Origin: a virus
Taxonomy: Duplodnaviria; Caudoviricetes
Direction: 5' to 3' (one strand)
Virus record (IMG/VR): IMGVR_UViG_3300037604_000023
Coordinates: 1-37,474 of that record
DNA length: 37,474 nucleotides
The translations under genes and the position numbers were made by a program. Under the pieces are notes generated by a model. That model searched no databases. It saw only the letters and a program-made list of their open reading frames with translations, and was not told the DNA's origin. Of this stretch, positions 26,200 to 35,125 are shown in pieces (the stretch's first letter is position 1; each line of letters begins with the position of its first letter).

Positions 26200-26583
26200 T
26201 CAAAGGGGAAGCTTGCCTTGCCGGTCGTCTGCCAGTTCGTCGCGATAGTTCGACACGGTCCGCTGCGCCAGATCGCATTGCAGCGCCACCTCGCGCAGGC
26301 TGTGGCCGGCGCGCAGCATCTCCATCGCCCGGCGCTTGCGCTCGGCTCGCTCTGCGTCGCGGCCGCGAAAGCCAGCGCAGGGCAGGGCGATCTTGCCCGG
26401 ACCGATCTCCCGGATGAGCGCTTCGCAGGCCCGCTGTCCCACGATCTTCGCCAGCGCGGAGCCTTTCGCGCGCAGCGGGATCGAGACGTCCGTGCCGCCG
26501 CGCTCCTTGAGCAGCTTGGCGGTGAGCTCAAGGCCGATCACCGCCTCGATCTCTCCGGCCAGTCCCGGCAGCTGTCTGCTCAT
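26200..26583 (-). CDS. Mor/C-like late transcription activator
   Basis: IG.E...KLL..RGGTDVSIP plus a C-terminal HTH (GHSLREVALQCDLAQRTV); last gene before the lysis module. Confidence 0.82.
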   Translation of the reverse strand: MSRQLPGLAGEIEAVIGLELTAKLLKERGGTDVSIPLRAKGSALAKIVGQRACEALIREIGPGKIALPCAGFRGRDAERAERKRRAMEMLRAGHSLREVALQCDLAQRTVSNYRDELADDRQGKLPL

Positions 26584-26828
26584 GGCCGCACCTTTCGCCG
26601 GACCGCCCGGCCACGCTCCGGCCGGTTCGTCTCGTAGACGGTGACCACCACGCCCTGTTCCAGCCGGAACGTGAGCCCGTCCGCCTGTATGCCGCAGGCC
26701 CCCATCTCCACCGCGCGATCCACGCGCCGGCCGATCATCCGCCGGATACCCTCGACATCCACGCCCTCGGCGCGTTCGAGGTAGCGCAGCACGGCGTGAT
26801 CGGTGACCGGGTGGCGGGGCTTTTTCAT
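26580..26828 (-). CDS. Hypothetical protein (VTDHAVLRYLER motif)
   Basis: 82 aa, coupled by overlaps to gemA and the activator gene. Confidence 0.75.
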   Translation of the reverse strand: MKKPRHPVTDHAVLRYLERAEGVDVEGIRRMIGRRVDRAVEMGACGIQADGLTFRLEQGVVVTVYETNRPERGRAVRRKVRP

Positions 26829-27280
26829 TTCCGGTGATCCCCCCAGTCGAAATCGACGCCTTCGCGCTGACCCCACTCCTTGAGCGCCTGGATGACCGCG
26901 TCGATCTGGTGCCACTCGCGCAGCATGTCCACGTCGGCGGGGACCGAGCCCCACCTCGGCCCGAACCGCTTGCGGATGAACGTGTTGAGGCCCCGGCGCG
27001 TCGGATCGCGCAGCGCGCCCGCCTCGCCAAGCTTGCGCCAGAGCACGTGGATCATGCGCAGATCGGCGCGCGGCGCGGGCTTGTGGCGCGGATTTCGGGT
27101 TTTCTGATCCACAAACCCGCTTGTCTTTAACCGGTCCGCCACAAGCTTCAGCTCGCGGTCGTCCATGTCGCGCAACGATGCCTTGCCGGTCACGCTCACC
27201 TGCAAATCGCGCCGTGCGTCGTCGTCGAGGCCCAGCTGACGGCAAGCGGCGAAGATGAGCTTCTGGAGGGACCGGTTCAT
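26825..27280 (-). CDS. gemA: GemA / Mu gp16 family regulatory protein
   Basis: IFAACRQLGLDDD.RR....VTGKASL, IHVLW..L and VIQALKEW. Confidence 0.88.
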   Translation of the reverse strand: MNRSLQKLIFAACRQLGLDDDARRDLQVSVTGKASLRDMDDRELKLVADRLKTSGFVDQKTRNPRHKPAPRADLRMIHVLWRKLGEAGALRDPTRRGLNTFIRKRFGPRWGSVPADVDMLREWHQIDAVIQALKEWGQREGVDFDWGDHRK

Positions 27281-27329
27281 GCGGTATCCCCCGTCCTCTT
27301 GGTGGCTCGGGCGCGGTAATGGGCGGCGG

Positions 27330-27662
27330 TCATATGGTCTGACATGATCCCTCCGCCGTCAGGTCGGGAAGATCGACGATCTGGCCCGCGAGAGCGTGCG
27401 TGCTGTCGGGCAGGAACCGGATGCGACCAGCATCGACATAGCTGTGACAGGAGGGCACCGCCGGATTGTGCAGCCGCCCCGGCCGGTTGACGTAGATGCT
27501 CGGCATGAATGTCGGCCGTTCCTCGTCCCCGCTCCAGGACCAAAGCGGCCCCTGACCTCGATCGCCGCCGATACGGATGACGTGCATCATCCGGCAGCCC
27601 GGGCAGAAAAACCCGACATGGCTGTTCGCGATGCGACGGAGCTTCGGTCCGAGCGCGGCCAT
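27330..27662 (-). CDS. DUF6527-like Cys/His metal-binding protein
   Basis: FFCPGC...H, WSWSGD..RPTFMPSI and CHSYV..GRIRFL.DSTHALAG. Confidence 0.75.
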   Translation of the reverse strand: MAALGPKLRRIANSHVGFFCPGCRMMHVIRIGGDRGQGPLWSWSGDEERPTFMPSIYVNRPGRLHNPAVPSCHSYVDAGRIRFLPDSTHALAGQIVDLPDLTAEGSCQTI

Positions 27663-27666
27663 CCCC

Positions 27667-28317
27667 TCACACCTTCGCGATATCGAGCAGCACCGTCTGC
27701 CAGTGGGCCTCGGTGTCGGGGCGGTGCTTGACGCGCACGTAGGTCGCCTTGCCAACCACGCGCATGGCGTCGCGGATCGCGTCCATGGCGCGCCGCCAGC
27801 GGTGGTCCTCGATGTCGAGCCGCAGCAGCATGAAGATCTCCGCGCGGTTGATCTGGCCTTCCTTGTCGGTGTTGAAGGCGCGGGTAACGATCGCCTGGAT
27901 TTCGGGGCGGCTGTCGGCGGACCACTCATTGAGGCACTCGTCGATCAGCCCCTTGGCGACCTGCAGCTCCGGCCCGAAATCCACCCGGTCCTGCACCTGC
28001 ACCTCGACCTTGTAGAGCCCGTCATAGGAGGTGAGCGTCTTGTTGCCCTTGGCTCCACCGATGCTGGTTTCGTATTCCTGTGCGAGGATCGCCTCGAAGG
28101 CCGAGATATCGTCGAACGTGTGCTCCTTGAAGCGCCGCAGCTGATCGCTCAGCGCCAGCGCGAAGCCCGCGATCTTGCGCACCGTCTCGTCCATCAGCTG
28201 GTCCTGGGGACGCACCAGGTCGACTGGAACTTCGCGGCCCTTGCCATCGATCATCTTGCGGCGGCCGTTCTCCTCGATGATGCCTGGCGGTACGGGATGG
28301 GGGTTGAACTCAGACAT
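27667..28317 (-). CDS. DUF3164 family protein (Mu-like early gene)
   Basis: GGAKGNKTLTSYDG, FGPELQVAKGLIDECL.EW and WRRAMDAIRDA. Confidence 0.88.
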   Translation of the reverse strand: MSEFNPHPVPPGIIEENGRRKMIDGKGREVPVDLVRPQDQLMDETVRKIAGFALALSDQLRRFKEHTFDDISAFEAILAQEYETSIGGAKGNKTLTSYDGLYKVEVQVQDRVDFGPELQVAKGLIDECLNEWSADSRPEIQAIVTRAFNTDKEGQINRAEIFMLLRLDIEDHRWRRAMDAIRDAMRVVGKATYVRVKHRPDTEAHWQTVLLDIAKV

Positions 28318-28519
28318 GTTTGTCTCCTGTTGAAGGGGGTGTTGAAAGCAGGCGGGGACCGACGCCATTGAGCGCGCAAACGGCTGCCATCGCGGCGATC
28401 TCGTCCATCGAGCACAGCGTCGTGCCGCGCGGGCCGAGCAGGTCCACCTTGGCAACGCCACTGGCAGCAAGGCGCTGCATCTCCTCACGGCTCCAGCGAT
28501 CGATTTCCGGGGCGCTCAT
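28310..28519 (-). CDS. Hypothetical protein
   Basis: 69 aa, overlapping neighbours in the early operon; KVDLLGPRGTTLCSMDEIAAMA. Confidence 0.7.
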   Translation of the reverse strand: MSAPEIDRWSREEMQRLAASGVAKVDLLGPRGTTLCSMDEIAAMAAVCALNGVGPRLLSTPPSTGDKHV

Positions 28520-28869
28520 GGCTGTCTCTCCCCGTCGTCGAGTATCGCGTCCACCAGATCATCGCGGGCGATGACGGTGAGCAGCCGCGTCGCGAACTGT
28601 CCGATGCTCTGACCGCGGGCTTCGGCGATCTCCGCAAGACGGTGTTTCACGTCGCTGGGCAGCCGCGAGAGCCGAGGCTCGCGGGTTTTCGTCCGGTGTA
28701 GCGGACCGCGGGGAAACTCGGGGATATCCTCCCCGTTCCGGCGCAGCCAACCGATGCGCATGTAGACGCGCTGGCGCGTCACGCCGAGCTCTTTGGCGAT
28801 ATGGCCGGGGCGCACGCGCGCCTTGGCCAGGCGCAGCACGTCCGGCGTGATGGGATCAGGTTGCTGCAT
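28516..28869 (-). CDS. Putative HTH DNA-binding protein
   Basis: PGHIAKELGVTRQRVY helix-turn-helix; C-terminal LVDAILDD. Confidence 0.75.
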   Translation of the reverse strand: MQQPDPITPDVLRLAKARVRPGHIAKELGVTRQRVYMRIGWLRRNGEDIPEFPRGPLHRTKTREPRLSRLPSDVKHRLAEIAEARGQSIGQFATRLLTVIARDDLVDAILDDGERQP

Positions 28870-29230
28870 CGTCGGCTCCCTTGTTCATCGGACACCTCTT
28901 GCACGCCCGGAACATCCGGACGCTCAGTGCGTTGTGACTGCTGAATGACCGGGCACGACCGCGCCAAGCGCGGCAGTCATGAGCACCGATCTCGCCCAGG
29001 ACAGGGCAGGTGACGGTCTTCTTCATCAGAACCCCGCGCACCTGTTCCTCGATCCCGGCCATGCTCGCGCCATAGCGGCAGCGAAACACGCTGCTCAGCG
29101 CGCCGGCTGTGTAGCCCACGCGACGGGCAACCCGGTTCTGGCTCGTGGCGTCCGCTTCCTCTGCCAGGCGCCGCACCCAATCCGGCAGCTCGTCGCCCCA
29201 ATGCTCCTTCGCGGTCTCGACAAAGCTCAT
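28856..29230 (-). CDS. HTH transcriptional regulator with a Cys-rich C-terminus
   Basis: SQNRVARRVGYTAGALS and CPVLGEI...C...ACKRCP. Confidence 0.8.
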   Translation of the reverse strand: MSFVETAKEHWGDELPDWVRRLAEEADATSQNRVARRVGYTAGALSSVFRCRYGASMAGIEEQVRGVLMKKTVTCPVLGEIGAHDCRAWRGRARSFSSHNALSVRMFRACKRCPMNKGADDAAT

Positions 29231-29763
29231 GCCAGACCCTCCGGCAGGATGCGCTCATTGGTGTTGGGATCGATGAACACCGTCACCCGCCGCTTGAGCG
29301 GTGCCTTGGGGCCGGTGTCGCGGATCAGCGTGTAGCGCGCGGGCCGTTCCCCGGCGCGGGCCTTCTGCCGCACGCGGAGATACCCGACCGACAGCAGCAT
29401 CCGGCAATAGGCGCGTGCGTCCTCCGGTGTCACCGGGCCGTCCTCGACGCTCGCATGGGCGGCCAGATCGGTTGCCGAGAACGACCGCAGCCCCCGCGCC
29501 GCCTGCCACAGGCGGTATTCCTTGGGGCCGCAAGGCGGACGTGACCGGCCACCGGCCGCGCGAAAGATGCGGTTGCGTGATTTGTCGCCCTCCGTTTCCA
29601 GGTAGCCCGCGCGCTCCCAGCGCGCGAGCATGTGCTGAAGGGTGGACTCGGCGACCCCCGTGATTTCCATGATCTCGGGAGATTTGATGCCACGGTCCCC
29701 GGCCTCCACGATTGCTGTCCACACGGCTGCCATCGTGTCCGTCGTGAGCTCAGGCGACGTCAT
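29227..29763 (-). CDS. Winged-helix protein downstream of MuB
   Basis: LWQAARGLRSFS..DLA, RYTLIRDTGPKAP and DPN. Confidence 0.78.
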   Translation of the reverse strand: MTSPELTTDTMAAVWTAIVEAGDRGIKSPEIMEITGVAESTLQHMLARWERAGYLETEGDKSRNRIFRAAGGRSRPPCGPKEYRLWQAARGLRSFSATDLAAHASVEDGPVTPEDARAYCRMLLSVGYLRVRQKARAGERPARYTLIRDTGPKAPLKRRVTVFIDPNTNERILPEGLA

Positions 29764-30506
29764 GCGCTCCTCCTCGTCCCGCCCCGCGGGGCCGGAGCTT
29801 CGCCGGTAAAGAACCGCCGGCTGCCCCAGTTCTCCTGCGTCATGCGGGTGTGGCCGCCCAGCTGGGCCGCCTCGCGCAGGCTGTCGAGGTTCACGCAGAT
29901 GCGCCGGATCGAGCGCTCGCTTTCCTTCAGGATGCGTTTCGCCAGCGCCTCGTCGATCTCGATGCCCGGTGCATAGATTTTGGCAAGATGCCGCAGATCG
30001 GCCATCTCGCCGGGCTGCGTGGGCACCCAGTCGAGCATGCGGTTGTGGATGCGCTCCCACGCCCTGAGCTTCTGGGGCATCTGCTCCTCGCCAATGAGGA
30101 TGACCGGTGCCTGGCTCATTTCGTAGATGCCGCGCGTGACCTCGATCATCCGTTTCTTCATCAGGATGTCAGCCTCGTCGATCAGCAGGACACGGTCGGT
30201 CAGGGCGAGGTTTTCGGCGATCCGCTCGGCCATCATGTGCAGGGTGCCGCGCGCCTCCAGTCCCATTTCGCGCAGGATGGCGCGGCACAGGTCCGTGCGG
30301 GTCCATGTGTCTACGCACTGGACGAGGACCGCGTCGTAGGCTGTGCGGACCCAGATCGCCGCGGTGGATTTGCCGTCGCCCGACGGACCGTAGAAGGTCG
30401 CCATGCCGGGCAGGCTGAAGGACCGGTTGCGCACGCGGTCAACCAGCGTATCAAGCGCAGCAACGTTCCGCAGCGGCGCGATGGATGGCAGTGTCTGCTC
30501 GGTCAT
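29760..30506 (-). CDS. MuB-like AAA+ transposition ATPase
   Basis: Walker A GPSGDGKS and Walker B LLIDEAD; immediately follows the transposase. Confidence 0.92.
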   Translation of the reverse strand: MTEQTLPSIAPLRNVAALDTLVDRVRNRSFSLPGMATFYGPSGDGKSTAAIWVRTAYDAVLVQCVDTWTRTDLCRAILREMGLEARGTLHMMAERIAENLALTDRVLLIDEADILMKKRMIEVTRGIYEMSQAPVILIGEEQMPQKLRAWERIHNRMLDWVPTQPGEMADLRHLAKIYAPGIEIDEALAKRILKESERSIRRICVNLDSLREAAQLGGHTRMTQENWGSRRFFTGEAPAPRGGTRRSA

Positions 30507-30519
30507 CTGTCCTCTCTTT

Positions 30520-32658
30520 TCATCCTCGTTGCAAAACTTCTTCGCCGTGGCTTTCGACCATTCGTGTCCAGGTGCGGTATTCGCTCGACCCTTGGTAGGA
30601 GGCGAGCCAGCGGCGCTGGTCACGGGTCAGCGCCTCGCCCGCCTCGGCGTTGCGCTCCAGTTCCAGCGCGCGGGCAAAGCGAACGCGCGGATCGTCATCG
30701 CCGCTGTCATCCTCGCCCGCCTGCCGGGCGCGCCGACGCTCCTCGAAGTCCGCGATGAATGCCGCCTGTGGGGCCTCGTCGGATGGTGCGGGTGTCTCCT
30801 CCCGGGGGCGTTGGTCGGGCACCATGCGCACGACGCGGGCCTCGACAGGGTCCTCCGGTGGGCCATCGTCAAGCGCGGCAAGCCCCTGTCCGAGTTCGGC
30901 CGCCGTGTAGACCCTGTGCGCGTCCGCCGCGTCGCGCTCGGCCCGCATCCATGCGCGGCGGGATTTCTCGTGCACGCGGCCCTGTTCGACATCGAAGAAC
31001 CCGACCTTCTCGCGGCACTCGGCATGGCCGAGGTATTCGCCGCTCAGCGCGTAGATGTGCAGCCCGTCCCAGAGCGCGGCGCGATCGAAGCGTGCCACGA
31101 CCTTCTCGCCGCGATGCTCGATCAACCAGTCTGCCCAATAGACATTGCGCATGAAGGTGATCGCGCCATCGCGCATGGCGGGCCTCAGCCCCTCGGCTCC
31201 CATCAGCCACAGGCGGCGTTGTTCCTCGGTGGCCTTTCGGATCGGGGCCTGCGCGTAGCTCTCGTCGAAAACCTCGGCGAAAGACCGCCCCCAGGCGACT
31301 TCCGAACGGCGGTTGGGACGCATGTTGTGCAGCTCGATTTCCTCGGCCAGGATCTCGAGAAACTCTTCCAGCGCCACTGCGCGGTTGCCGTAGTTCTCGG
31401 GTTTGGCGTCGGGTGCATTGCCGGTATAGGCGCCAGCCAGCCGCGGATGCTTCGCGACGCGGTCGCACAGATCGCGGAACGCGCGTTCGATCGGTTTGGA
31501 CTGCCCCGAGTAGGGCGTGGCCCAGTGGATTTGGCAACCCAGACTGGTGAGCAAGCCGGGGACATCGTCCTCCTTGACCTTGAAGCGATAGCGCGTCTGC
31601 GTGCCGCCGGTGATCAGCTTGGCCGCGAACTCCCGGCCGTTGTCCAGCAGAACATGCTCGGGAATGCCCCAGCGTTCGATCATGTCGCCGGTGCAGAGCT
31701 GAACCGTGTGACTGTTGGGCGTCTTGTCCACCCGCCAGCTGAGCAGACGGCCTGAAAACAGGTCCTGGAAGGCGACCATCTGTGGCCGCGCGATCTCTTC
31801 CGGAATGCCGTCCGAGGCCGGAAATCGCACGAAGACGTCGAAGCGGTGGTAGTCGCCGTTCACGCCTTCCATCGCGTGCATTTGCGAGCGGTCGCGCACC
31901 TGGGCGGGGTACAGCGTCTTCAGCGCGTCGAGCCCCTTGCGCTTGAGAACCACCGTCGGCTCGCTCACTTCGCGCCGGAACCAGCGCCGCACAGTGTGCA
32001 GCGGCGCGGCCTCGATCCCGCGGGCACGGGCCAGCCGCACACAACGATCATAGACCGCCGACATGCTCGGTTGTTCGGGGCGCAGGTAATCGCTCTTGAT
32101 GAGCGCGCCGAATTCCGGATCGATCTCCCGCGCGCGACTGCGCCGTTTTGCCAGCCGGTGCCGTGGCGCAAGGTAGGGCAGGCGATCGTCGCTGCGCACC
32201 CCGTCGATCATGCCCAGCCAGTTCCAGATCGTGCGCCCCGCAACGCCATCGAGGCGCGCCACATCTCGCACGGCCTGGTCGCGCGTCAGGCCGCCACGCT
32301 CCAGCGCCTCGACCTTCTGGATGCTGGCCAGCCGCGCCGCCGCCTCGGCCTTGGGCTTCTCGGGCAGCTTCTCGAAAGCCGACCAGGCCTCCTCGCGCGC
32401 GGGGCGCTCATCTGGTGGCGCGTCCACCTTCGCCGCCTGTGCCAGCAGCCAGCTCTGCGCGCGGACAGGAAAGAGCGACCAGTGGAATTCCCGCCCGCCG
32501 CCGCGCCCTTTGCGGCGTCGCGACTTGCCAGTCTGCTCGGACCAACTCATCCGCTGGGCGAGCTTGGTCACACCGCGTTTTGTGCCGGGTATGTCGGGCA
32601 AGCCCGCGGCGGCGATCTCGGCGGCGGTCCACCATTCTCGGTCGGGGCGGGTGCTCAT
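30520..32658 (-). CDS. MuA-like DDE transposase
   Basis: N-terminal Mu HTH (WWTAAEIA...LP.T.RGV) and DDE-type motifs (NGDYH, LDNGREF, KPIERAF). Confidence 0.96.
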   Translation of the reverse strand: MSTRPDREWWTAAEIAAAGLPDIPGTKRGVTKLAQRMSWSEQTGKSRRRKGRGGGREFHWSLFPVRAQSWLLAQAAKVDAPPDERPAREEAWSAFEKLPEKPKAEAAARLASIQKVEALERGGLTRDQAVRDVARLDGVAGRTIWNWLGMIDGVRSDDRLPYLAPRHRLAKRRSRAREIDPEFGALIKSDYLRPEQPSMSAVYDRCVRLARARGIEAAPLHTVRRWFRREVSEPTVVLKRKGLDALKTLYPAQVRDRSQMHAMEGVNGDYHRFDVFVRFPASDGIPEEIARPQMVAFQDLFSGRLLSWRVDKTPNSHTVQLCTGDMIERWGIPEHVLLDNGREFAAKLITGGTQTRYRFKVKEDDVPGLLTSLGCQIHWATPYSGQSKPIERAFRDLCDRVAKHPRLAGAYTGNAPDAKPENYGNRAVALEEFLEILAEEIELHNMRPNRRSEVAWGRSFAEVFDESYAQAPIRKATEEQRRLWLMGAEGLRPAMRDGAITFMRNVYWADWLIEHRGEKVVARFDRAALWDGLHIYALSGEYLGHAECREKVGFFDVEQGRVHEKSRRAWMRAERDAADAHRVYTAAELGQGLAALDDGPPEDPVEARVVRMVPDQRPREETPAPSDEAPQAAFIADFEERRRARQAGEDDSGDDDPRVRFARALELERNAEAGEALTRDQRRWLASYQGSSEYRTWTRMVESHGEEVLQRG

Positions 32659-33494
32659 TCGGCCGGCCCTCCCTGCGCGTCCTCGACAAGGGAGGCCAAC
32701 GTGTCGAGATAGGCCTCGACGAACCGCCGCCTTGCGGCCATCGGTGCCCGTTCAAACGTGTTGCGCAACCGGTTGAACGCATCGTCAACAGGGTCCTTCG
32801 CGGATGGGGCTTCGCCGCGCTCCGCTGCGTAGGCCTTGCGCGCGGCCTTTGCGCTCTTCGCCGTACCGACCGCAAGCGCTTGGACCACGTCATACCGCTC
32901 GACCGTCCCCTTGATCTTGCCGATCTCGATCAGATCAGCGAGAGCCACGGGTTTCGGTGCCTCGCGCAGCATCCGGTAATCATGGGGATCAAGTGTCGCC
33001 CCGGCCGCCATGATCTTGTAAACTTGACGCTCGGAAATGCTGCGCTTCTCGGCAATGCTCTGTGCAAGTGAACTGAAATTCAGTTGGAACCAGCGCGCAG
33101 CTGCACCCCCCATCCCCTGCTTCAATTCCGGATGCAGTTTTTGGACGGCCTCGCGTCGGCGCGCGAGGAAATAGGCTTCGTCCAGCGTGCTCATGTCGGC
33201 CCCGGCGAGGTTGCCGTCGATCTCGAACATCGCGGCCTCGGCATCGGAACAGCGCACCACGTCGCAGGGGATCGTGTCCGCCCCGAGCTCCCGCATAGCG
33301 GTCAGGCGGTGCGCGCCGTCCAGGACATAGTCGCCGTCCTTTTTGCGGCGCACCGTGATACGACCGACGAACCCGTTCTCGCGGATCGTCTCCACCAATG
33401 TGGCTACCCCACTCGCCGAAACGTCACGCAGGCGGCCTTCGATGTGGATCGCTCCTACCGGCAGCTCCGTGATTGAGGTTAAACGTTCGATCAT
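32655..33494 (-). CDS. ParB N-terminal domain protein
   Basis: RLRDV, ITVRR and VLDGAHRLTA motif, EIDGNL; ATGA overlaps on both sides. Confidence 0.85.
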   Translation of the reverse strand: MIERLTSITELPVGAIHIEGRLRDVSASGVATLVETIRENGFVGRITVRRKKDGDYVLDGAHRLTAMRELGADTIPCDVVRCSDAEAAMFEIDGNLAGADMSTLDEAYFLARRREAVQKLHPELKQGMGGAAARWFQLNFSSLAQSIAEKRSISERQVYKIMAAGATLDPHDYRMLREAPKPVALADLIEIGKIKGTVERYDVVQALAVGTAKSAKAARKAYAAERGEAPSAKDPVDDAFNRLRNTFERAPMAARRRFVEAYLDTLASLVEDAQGGPAE

Positions 33495-33715
33495 TCCGGT
33501 GCCTTCGTCATTGTGTATCGGCAGATCAGCCGGTCCTTCCTTCGCTCGCGGGTGCACAGGATCACCGCCCTGTTCGCCCGCAGCTCCGCGATGCAGCTGT
33601 TGACCGCCACCACATGCGCCCGGCGCACGATCTCGCGCGTCGTATGCGGCCTGCCGTCACTCAGGACGGCCAGGACCCGCTGCAGGCGCGGCGAGGTGAT
33701 CGGCGCGTGATGCAT
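33491..33715 (-). CDS. Small winged-HTH protein
   Basis: SPRLQRVLAVLSDG..HTTREI...AVNSCIAELR. Confidence 0.75.
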   Translation of the reverse strand: MHHAPITSPRLQRVLAVLSDGRPHTTREIVRRAHVVAVNSCIAELRANRAVILCTRERRKDRLICRYTMTKAPE

Positions 33716-33975
33716 CAGCCCAGCATGCGGTTATCGAGCGCGGACCCGCGCGCGCGGCAGCCGCCGCACATCCGGTTGCCAAACCCGGTACTCCAGAACT
33801 CGGCACCGCAGGTCAGGCAGGGGCGGCTACGCGCATGCGCGGCCTGGCGCGCCTCGGTCTCGATATTCTCCAGACGTGTCATCGCGCGGTCGCGGCAGTT
33901 GTACACGCCGCTGACCCGCTTCCGCCCCTCGAATACGGCGTAGCCGACACCCCATTTCTCCACATGCAATTTCAT
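33715..33975 (-). CDS. Hypothetical protein with a C-terminal zinc ribbon
   Basis: RPCLTCG..FWSTGFGNRMCGGC; GGAGG RBS 6 nt before ATG 33975. Confidence 0.75.
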   Translation of the reverse strand: MKLHVEKWGVGYAVFEGRKRVSGVYNCRDRAMTRLENIETEARQAAHARSRPCLTCGAEFWSTGFGNRMCGGCRARGSALDNRMLG

Positions 33976-34045
33976 GTCCATCCTCCGAAACTCGCAAGGC
34001 TTAAGGGCACGACGAACTGCGCCGTGGAGTTTTGGAGTGGGGATA

Positions 34046-34075
34046 TTGTCATCTGTCGGCCTCCTTGCGTATGTT
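34046..34075 (+). promoter_or_regulatory. Putative sigma70 promoter of the antisense accessory cassette
   Basis: TTGTCA-N18-TATGTT about 115 nt upstream of the 34192 ORF. Confidence 0.45.
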
Positions 34076-34191
34076 GTGCTCCCCTTCCCATCTGCGACAA
34101 AATCTTGTACCAAAGCGGTGGCGACGGGCGTTGTAAGCACCCGCCGCCACCTCTCATCCCCATCTGAGTAAGGCAGAAGGAGACGATTTCG

Positions 34192-34362
34192 ATGACCGAC
34201 AAGCCGAGCAGCAAAAGCGTTTCACTTGGAAAGGATCTACATTCACGGTGGGTGGAAACCCGGTCCATGGGGCCGAACCAGCCAACGCCGTGGACTTCGG
34301 TAGGCCCGAAACAACCCAACCCGCCGAGCAAGCCGAGTGGACCGCCTCCGAAAAAGGAATAG
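34192..34362 (+). CDS. 56-aa Pro/Ser/Lys-rich peptide (absent from the ORF track)
   Basis: AAGGAG-N9-ATG; MTDKPSSKSVSLGKDLHSRWVETRSMGPNQPTPWTSVGPKQPNPPSKPSGPPPKKE. Stop lies 2 nt before the next ATG. Confidence 0.6.
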   Translation: MTDKPSSKSVSLGKDLHSRWVETRSMGPNQPTPWTSVGPKQPNPPSKPSGPPPKKE

Positions 34363-34364
34363 CC

Positions 34365-34901
34365 ATGCAAGACAGCCCAGAACTCATCCGGTTCAACGTT
34401 TTGAGAAACGCGCTCTATCATTCTGCCAGGCGCAGAGCCTTCGAGCGCATCAACCGGACGTTCAACTTCGTGGTGGTTCTGCTGGGCGCGGCGGCAATTG
34501 GTGATCTGCTCGCGTTCGCAGGGATAGACCAGAGGCTGATCGGAGCCGGGGTCGCGACGATAGGAGCATCGCAGCTTGTCTTTGATTTTGGACGCCAAGC
34601 ACGCGACCATCAAATCTTGCAAAAAGACTACTACAACCTGCTGGCTGACATTGAACTTGTGAGTGAACCGACTGCGGACCAGTGCGCTGAATGGTATAGT
34701 CGCATGATCCGAATAACGGCAGAAGAGCCTCCTGTGCTCAAGGCTCTCGACGCCAGGGCTTACAATGACGCAATTGACGCAATCTATGGGTTTGACAGCC
34801 TTGAAAGACTGCGCATTCCGTTCCTTCACCGGCTGCTCGGCGGTTTCTTCGCCTTTGACGGCTACGAGTACAAGAAGCTCGGTGACTTGCCCAACGGCTG
34901 A
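34365..34901 (+). CDS. SLATT-like two-TM membrane protein
   Basis: N-terminal helix (RNALYHSARRRAFE), two hydrophobic segments, then ARDHQ.L...Y..L and EEPP. AAGGA RBS; orientation opposite to the early operon. Confidence 0.75.
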   Translation: MQDSPELIRFNVLRNALYHSARRRAFERINRTFNFVVVLLGAAAIGDLLAFAGIDQRLIGAGVATIGASQLVFDFGRQARDHQILQKDYYNLLADIELVSEPTADQCAEWYSRMIRITAEEPPVLKALDARAYNDAIDAIYGFDSLERLRIPFLHRLLGGFFAFDGYEYKKLGDLPNG

Positions 34902-34927
34902 GAACGTACACGCGCACGAATGGTTCG

Positions 34928-35125
34928 TCATCTCAGCACCTCCGGGAGAAAGAGCGCCGCGAAGAGCAGGACGAACAGCGCCAGCCCCCCCAGCACATCG
35001 CCGATGACAGAAAAGGCGCCGCGACCGGGGCAAGCAGACCGGGACCGGTCGCGGCGCAGGACCCGCGCGCCATACAGGCAAGCACGCACGCGGGTGTTCG
35101 AAAGAGACGTGAGAAGACGTTTCAT
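34928..35125 (-). CDS. Small hypothetical membrane protein
   Basis: C-terminal IGDVLGGLALFVLLFAALFLP; ATGA overlap with the upstream gene. Confidence 0.6.
   Translation of the reverse strand: MKRLLTSLSNTRVRACLYGARVLRRDRSRSACPGRGAFSVIGDVLGGLALFVLLFAALFLPEVLR

Noticed and set aside
3017-33943. Many long plus-strand and alternate-frame ORFs (e.g. 4750-6060, 8085-9467, 10517-11947, 16399-18285, 30403-31755)
   Set aside because: Shadow ORFs of GC-rich minus-strand phage genes; low-complexity Arg/Ala/Gly translations with no motifs.
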